Shown here in pieces: positions 60,779 through 64,000 of a stretch of DNA of 64,000 nucleotides. Within the stretch, counting starts at the first letter, position 1. The number at the start of each line of letters is the position of its first letter. The stretch lies in contig SLAA01000039.1 in NCBI GenBank assembly GCA_007127105.1, positions 755-64,754 of the forward strand, written 5' to 3'. Both the position numbers and the translations under genes were made by a program. The stretch is from Spirochaetales bacterium (GTDB taxonomy: Bacteria; Spirochaetota; Spirochaetia; DSM-27196; SLAA01). The notes under the pieces were generated by a model. The model had not been told where the DNA came from and did not search any database. It worked only from the letters and a program-made list of their open reading frames with translations.

Positions 60779-62311
60779 CTAGTTAAGCCCCACCTCGTGG
60801 AACATGTGGTAGCCGGAAGGCGACGGTACAAAACCAGTTACGTTTGCCCGTACGCCAACCGCTTCACGGTCGTCAGCTACCGGGATAATAGGCGCAAAAC
60901 CTGAGATAAGCTCCTGAGCCTCGCGGTAGATCTGCTCACGACGTGCTGCATCAGGTTCTCTGACACCGGCCAGGAGCAGTTCATCCAGTTCGGGCAGCTC
61001 GGTGTAAGAACGGTTTGCCGCACCGATGTTTCCGGAAAAGTAGTTCGGATGCAGCGCATGATGCGGGTCCCCGGTGCTCGCGAGCCATGCCAATTGAGCC
61101 ATGTCGTGTTCGCCACCGGCAGTCATCTGCAGATAGGCGCCCCACTCCATAATCTCGATATCAATCTCTATTCCAAGCTCTCGCAGTTGGCTACCCATGA
61201 TCTCGGCAATGGTCTGACGTGGTGAGCTGTCGTCAATGGTCATGGTCATGCGAAAACCGTCAGAGTAACCGGCCTCTGCGAGTAGTTCGCGAGCACGATC
61301 CATGTTACGGGGGTACATGTACACATCGGGATTAAAGGCCCAGATTGAGCTGTTCATATATCCACGGGCTGGGGTTCCAGCACCACCATAGGCAACCTCG
61401 GCGAGCTCCTCAATATCGAGGGCGTAACTAATAGCCTGCCGTACACGCACATCGTTAAAGGGTTCCGCTTGAGTATTAAACAGAATGTAATGCAGTCGCA
61501 TGGCCGCGTATTCGTAAAGCTCTACACTGCTGCTTTCACGAAGACGATTAAAATCCGTTTCCGGAATCTGTTGTGCCACATGAACACCACCAGTTTCGAC
61601 CTCAATGGTTCGGCTGCTGCCTTCAGGAATGCCGCGGAATGTAAGTTGTTCCACCTGGGCAGGACCACGCCAGTGCTCATCAAAGCGCTCGAGATGTACC
61701 GCCGTACCACGATCCCAGCGAGAAAGCTTGAAAGGCCCGGTTCCAACCGGATTCGCACCAAAGTCCGCGCCATGCTCCTCTACTGCCGCCTTGCTAACGA
61801 TCAAGGATGAGCTGTGTGCAAGATACGTGAGTACTGCCGCAAAGGGCTGGTTGGTGGGAATGCGAATGGTGTAGTCATCAATTACCTCAATGTTTTCTAC
61901 ATCAATCATGGCGAGACGGGATCGACCCGCAAAACCCAAACTGCGGTCCAGAAGCGTCTCATAGGTAAACTTTACGTCCTCGGCAGTGAACTCAACCCCG
62001 TTATGGAACAAGACATCCTGGCGAAGATTAAACTCTATAGTTCGTTCATCTACAAATGACCAGTCGGTAGCAAGCGCTGGTTCCACGCCCATGTCGTCGG
62101 TTCTCCGAACCAAACCGTCAAATATCTGATTGTTTATCCAGTGAGAAGCGGTGTCCTCAACCGCCCGTGGATCCATGGTCTGAGTTTCTGCGAAGTTGGC
62201 CACTATCAAGTGGCTTTCTGCTACCGCAGCTTCCTCGCTTGGCGCACATCCGATGAGGATTGCAGCACTAAGCGTGACTACAGCCAGTAGAATGAATGTT
62301 CGACTCTTCAT
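60779..62311 (-). CDS. ABC transporter substrate-binding lipoprotein, family 5 (DppA/OppA/GsiB-like)
   Basis: ORF 60779..62359. I chose ATG 62311 (GGAGGG 9 nt upstream), which gives MKSRTFILLAVVTLSAAILIGC|A (lipobox). Family-5 pattern (TDWSFVDERTIEFNLRQDVLFHNG, GTGPFKLSRWDRG). Confidence 0.85.
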   Translation of the reverse strand: MKSRTFILLAVVTLSAAILIGCAPSEEAAVAESHLIVANFAETQTMDPRAVEDTASHWINNQIFDGLVRRTDDMGVEPALATDWSFVDERTIEFNLRQDVLFHNGVEFTAEDVKFTYETLLDRSLGFAGRSRLAMIDVENIEVIDDYTIRIPTNQPFAAVLTYLAHSSSLIVSKAAVEEHGADFGANPVGTGPFKLSRWDRGTAVHLERFDEHWRGPAQVEQLTFRGIPEGSSRTIEVETGGVHVAQQIPETDFNRLRESSSVELYEYAAMRLHYILFNTQAEPFNDVRVRQAISYALDIEELAEVAYGGAGTPARGYMNSSIWAFNPDVYMYPRNMDRARELLAEAGYSDGFRMTMTIDDSSPRQTIAEIMGSQLRELGIEIDIEIMEWGAYLQMTAGGEHDMAQLAWLASTGDPHHALHPNYFSGNIGAANRSYTELPELDELLLAGVREPDAARREQIYREAQELISGFAPIIPVADDREAVGVRANVTGFVPSPSGYHMFHEVGLN

Positions 62312-62582
62312 TATCATTTCCCTCCGTATTCTTTTTGAATAGATATAGCTTCTACTCAATCATGACACCTTCGGAACAGAGTAGAGAGAAAGGTGAGTCC
62401 TCGTCAAACCTGAGCAGCGGCATATGGGGTAATTTTTCTTCCTGAAGCAATAAACGGTAGAGACATGACAACACCCGATCTTGTTGAGCTTCTGTGTCCA
62501 CAACCATATTGACCGCAAGCGCATGACCTCCTATGATTCGCGTTAGACTTTTGTTAAGAAAGTCGGATTTTAAGGAGGAGCT

Positions 62583-64000
62583 ATGCAAAAAATGAGTACA
62601 CAGTCGAACCTGACACGGTTTGTTGTGTTGGCAACGGTGGCCATCATTGCCTCAATGTTGGTCGCTTGTGGCCCTGCGGAACAAGCCGCAGTAGAACGCG
62701 ACACCCTGACCATTGCGATTGGCGCGGAGCCGGAATCGCTTGATCCGGTTCGAATGACGTCGGCCCCGGCGGCAACCGTGGGTGAGCACGTTGTCGAACG
62801 GTTAATCTACATGGAAGAGGACGGTACGCTGACCCCTATGCTTGCCACAAGCTGGGAGGCGAACGAGGACAGCACCGTTTGGACATTTGAAATTCGTCAG
62901 GGCGTAACCTTCCACGATGGCGAGCCACTGAACGCCGAAGCGGTTGCAGTAAACCTTTCACGTTTTGTGAATCCCGATGTAGGAGCAGCATACGCCTTCC
63001 TCCTCGGAAGCGTTCAAGAAATTGAGGCTGTTGGTGAGTACACCCTCCAACTAACCCTTGCTCAGCCCTTCGCTCCTATCCTGTCGCACCTGTCCCACAG
63101 TTTTATCGGTATTGTTAGTCCTGCCCAACTCGAGGGACTTTCGCCCGAGCAAACCTTTGAGATTCCTGTAGGAACCGGCCCCTACGTGATGGACCGCTGG
63201 AGCCGTGGCGACAGCATCCGTCTCAGCGTGAACGAAGACTTCTATGGTTCAACTCCACAGATTCCAAACCTGGTTTTTAACTTCATTCCGGAAGAGTCGG
63301 CTCGAATTGTTGCGCTTGAAACCGGTGAGGCAGATGCCATCATGGCCGTCCCCCCGGCAGACGTTCAACGACTTCAGGGAGACCCGGATATCGATGTCGT
63401 CTTTCAAACCGCCGTTCGCACGATCTACATCAGCTTTAACAACATTCGTGAACCATTCACCGATCCGTTGGTACGACGTGCACTGAATCATGCCGTGGAC
63501 AAACAAAGCATTGTAGATTCCATCTTTGAAGGTGTTGGTTTTGTCGCGGATGCGCCAATTCCTGATGCAGTATTCGGTCACACCTCTGTTGGCCCCTATG
63601 CATATGATCCCGAACTCGCCCGTGAACTGCTGGCCGAAGCAGGATACCCGGACGGTTTCAGCATGACGCTGCACCACCCTACCGGTCGTTACCCGCTTGA
63701 TTCAACAGTTGCACAGGCGGTCCAGTCCATGCTCGCCGAGGTTGGCATTGACGCAACCCTGGAAACCCGTGAGTGGACGAGCTACCTGCAGTTCACCAGC
63801 CAGCCGCCAGATCAGGCCGAGTACGATGCATTCATGCTCGGTTGGGGTACGGTCACTCTGGATGCTGACTACGGTCTCTTTGCCCTGTTGCACACACGTC
63901 AGTGGAACCCGAACGGCAACAACCGTGGCTTTTACTCCAACGAACGTGTCGATGAGCTCCTGAGCGCAGCCCGTGTTGAGACAGATCCAGCTAAACGAGC
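62583..64000 (+). CDS. ABC transporter substrate-binding lipoprotein, family 5 (second, divergent copy; 3' end outside the window)
   Basis: It is not in the ORF track because no stop is reached. ATG 62583 is preceded by AAGGAGG with a 4-nt spacer. My hand translation is open to nt 64000: MQKMSTQSNLTRFVVLATVAIIASMLVAC|GPAEQ..., ATSWEANEDSTVWTFEIRQGVTFHDG, GTGPYVMDRWSRGD, EAGYPDGF. Confidence 0.85.
   Translation, partial: MQKMSTQSNLTRFVVLATVAIIASMLVACGPAEQAAVERDTLTIAIGAEPESLDPVRMTSAPAATVGEHVVERLIYMEEDGTLTPMLATSWEANEDSTVWTFEIRQGVTFHDGEPLNAEAVAVNLSRFVNPDVGAAYAFLLGSVQEIEAVGEYTLQLTLAQPFAPILSHLSHSFIGIVSPAQLEGLSPEQTFEIPVGTGPYVMDRWSRGDSIRLSVNEDFYGSTPQIPNLVFNFIPEESARIVALETGEADAIMAVPPADVQRLQGDPDIDVVFQTAVRTIYISFNNIREPFTDPLVRRALNHAVDKQSIVDSIFEGVGFVADAPIPDAVFGHTSVGPYAYDPELARELLAEAGYPDGFSMTLHHPTGRYPLDSTVAQAVQSMLAEVGIDATLETREWTSYLQFTSQPPDQAEYDAFMLGWGTVTLDADYGLFALLHTRQWNPNGNNRGFYSNERVDELLSAARVETDPAKR

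Noticed and set aside
62352-62588. 78-aa minus-strand ORF in the divergent control region between the two binding-protein genes.
   Set aside because: Its TTG start overlaps the start codon and RBS of the plus-strand binding-protein gene. It has no RBS of its own and no family resemblance.
1-64000. The whole window as a mobile element, prophage, CRISPR locus or defence island.
   Set aside because: I saw no integrase, transposase, phage structural gene, tRNA attachment site, CRISPR-like repeat-spacer array or recognisable defence gene (nuclease/helicase/TIR/STAND etc.). The content is housekeeping, metabolic and transport genes with operon-like packing.

Overview
This is a densely coding, chromosomal-looking 64-kb segment from a moderately GC-rich bacterium, with about 50 CDS. 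I recognised no rRNA, tRNA, CRISPR array, transposase, integrase or phage gene, so it does not look like a mobile or defence island. All functional calls come from reading the supplied translations and the DNA by eye (motifs, family resemblance, start and RBS context). No database search was run.

Left to right, the window contains:
- the 3' end of a P1B heavy-metal ATPase, then a Na/Pi cotransporter;
- a DUF1007 protein plus a Zn-ribbon hypothetical;
- ilvD;
- a periplasmic beta-propeller/Y_Y_Y diguanylate cyclase, an MFS transporter, slyD and a flavodiiron protein;
- a secreted TPR protein, a patatin-Omp85 (PlpD-like) protein and a second MFS transporter;
- a MutM(Fpg)-HAD fusion;
- an uncalled 48-aa lipoprotein;
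- a secreted YD-repeat protein translationally coupled to an OmpR-type regulator and histidine kinase;
- an IclR regulator and an orphan PTS EIIA;
- an eight-gene Mbh-type Mrp module (E-F-G-MbhD-MbhE-B-C-D, no MrpA) followed by a truncated pyruvate-kinase-like gene;
- metH;
- an operon of AlaX, a SpeE-like protein and a cysteine-less SthA-like flavoprotein;
- a FemAB-family transferase and a rhomboid protease;
- an operon of two lipoprotein gamma-glutamyltransferase paralogues plus a radical SAM/DUF2344 fusion;
- fadI/fadJ-like genes and a convergent acyl-CoA dehydrogenase;
- a TAXI-TRAP transporter with DUF1850, a secreted ankyrin protein and a PuuD-like amidase;
- a Dpp/Opp-type ABC importer with two divergent family-5 binding proteins. 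The second runs off the window and is absent from the ORF track.

I did not find a compelling, self-contained novel system. The best candidates for follow-up are:
- the Fpg-HAD fusion;
- the stand-alone Mbh-type Mrp module, with its extended MbhD-like subunit and the coupled pyruvate-kinase-like gene;
- the ggt-ggt-radical SAM operon;
- a plus-strand intrinsic terminator and candidate small RNA in an otherwise minus-strand neighbourhood (about 51.0-51.2 kb);
- the YD-repeat protein coupled to a two-component system.

Several ORF-track starts are too long, and I moved them to internal starts with better RBS or signal-peptide context.
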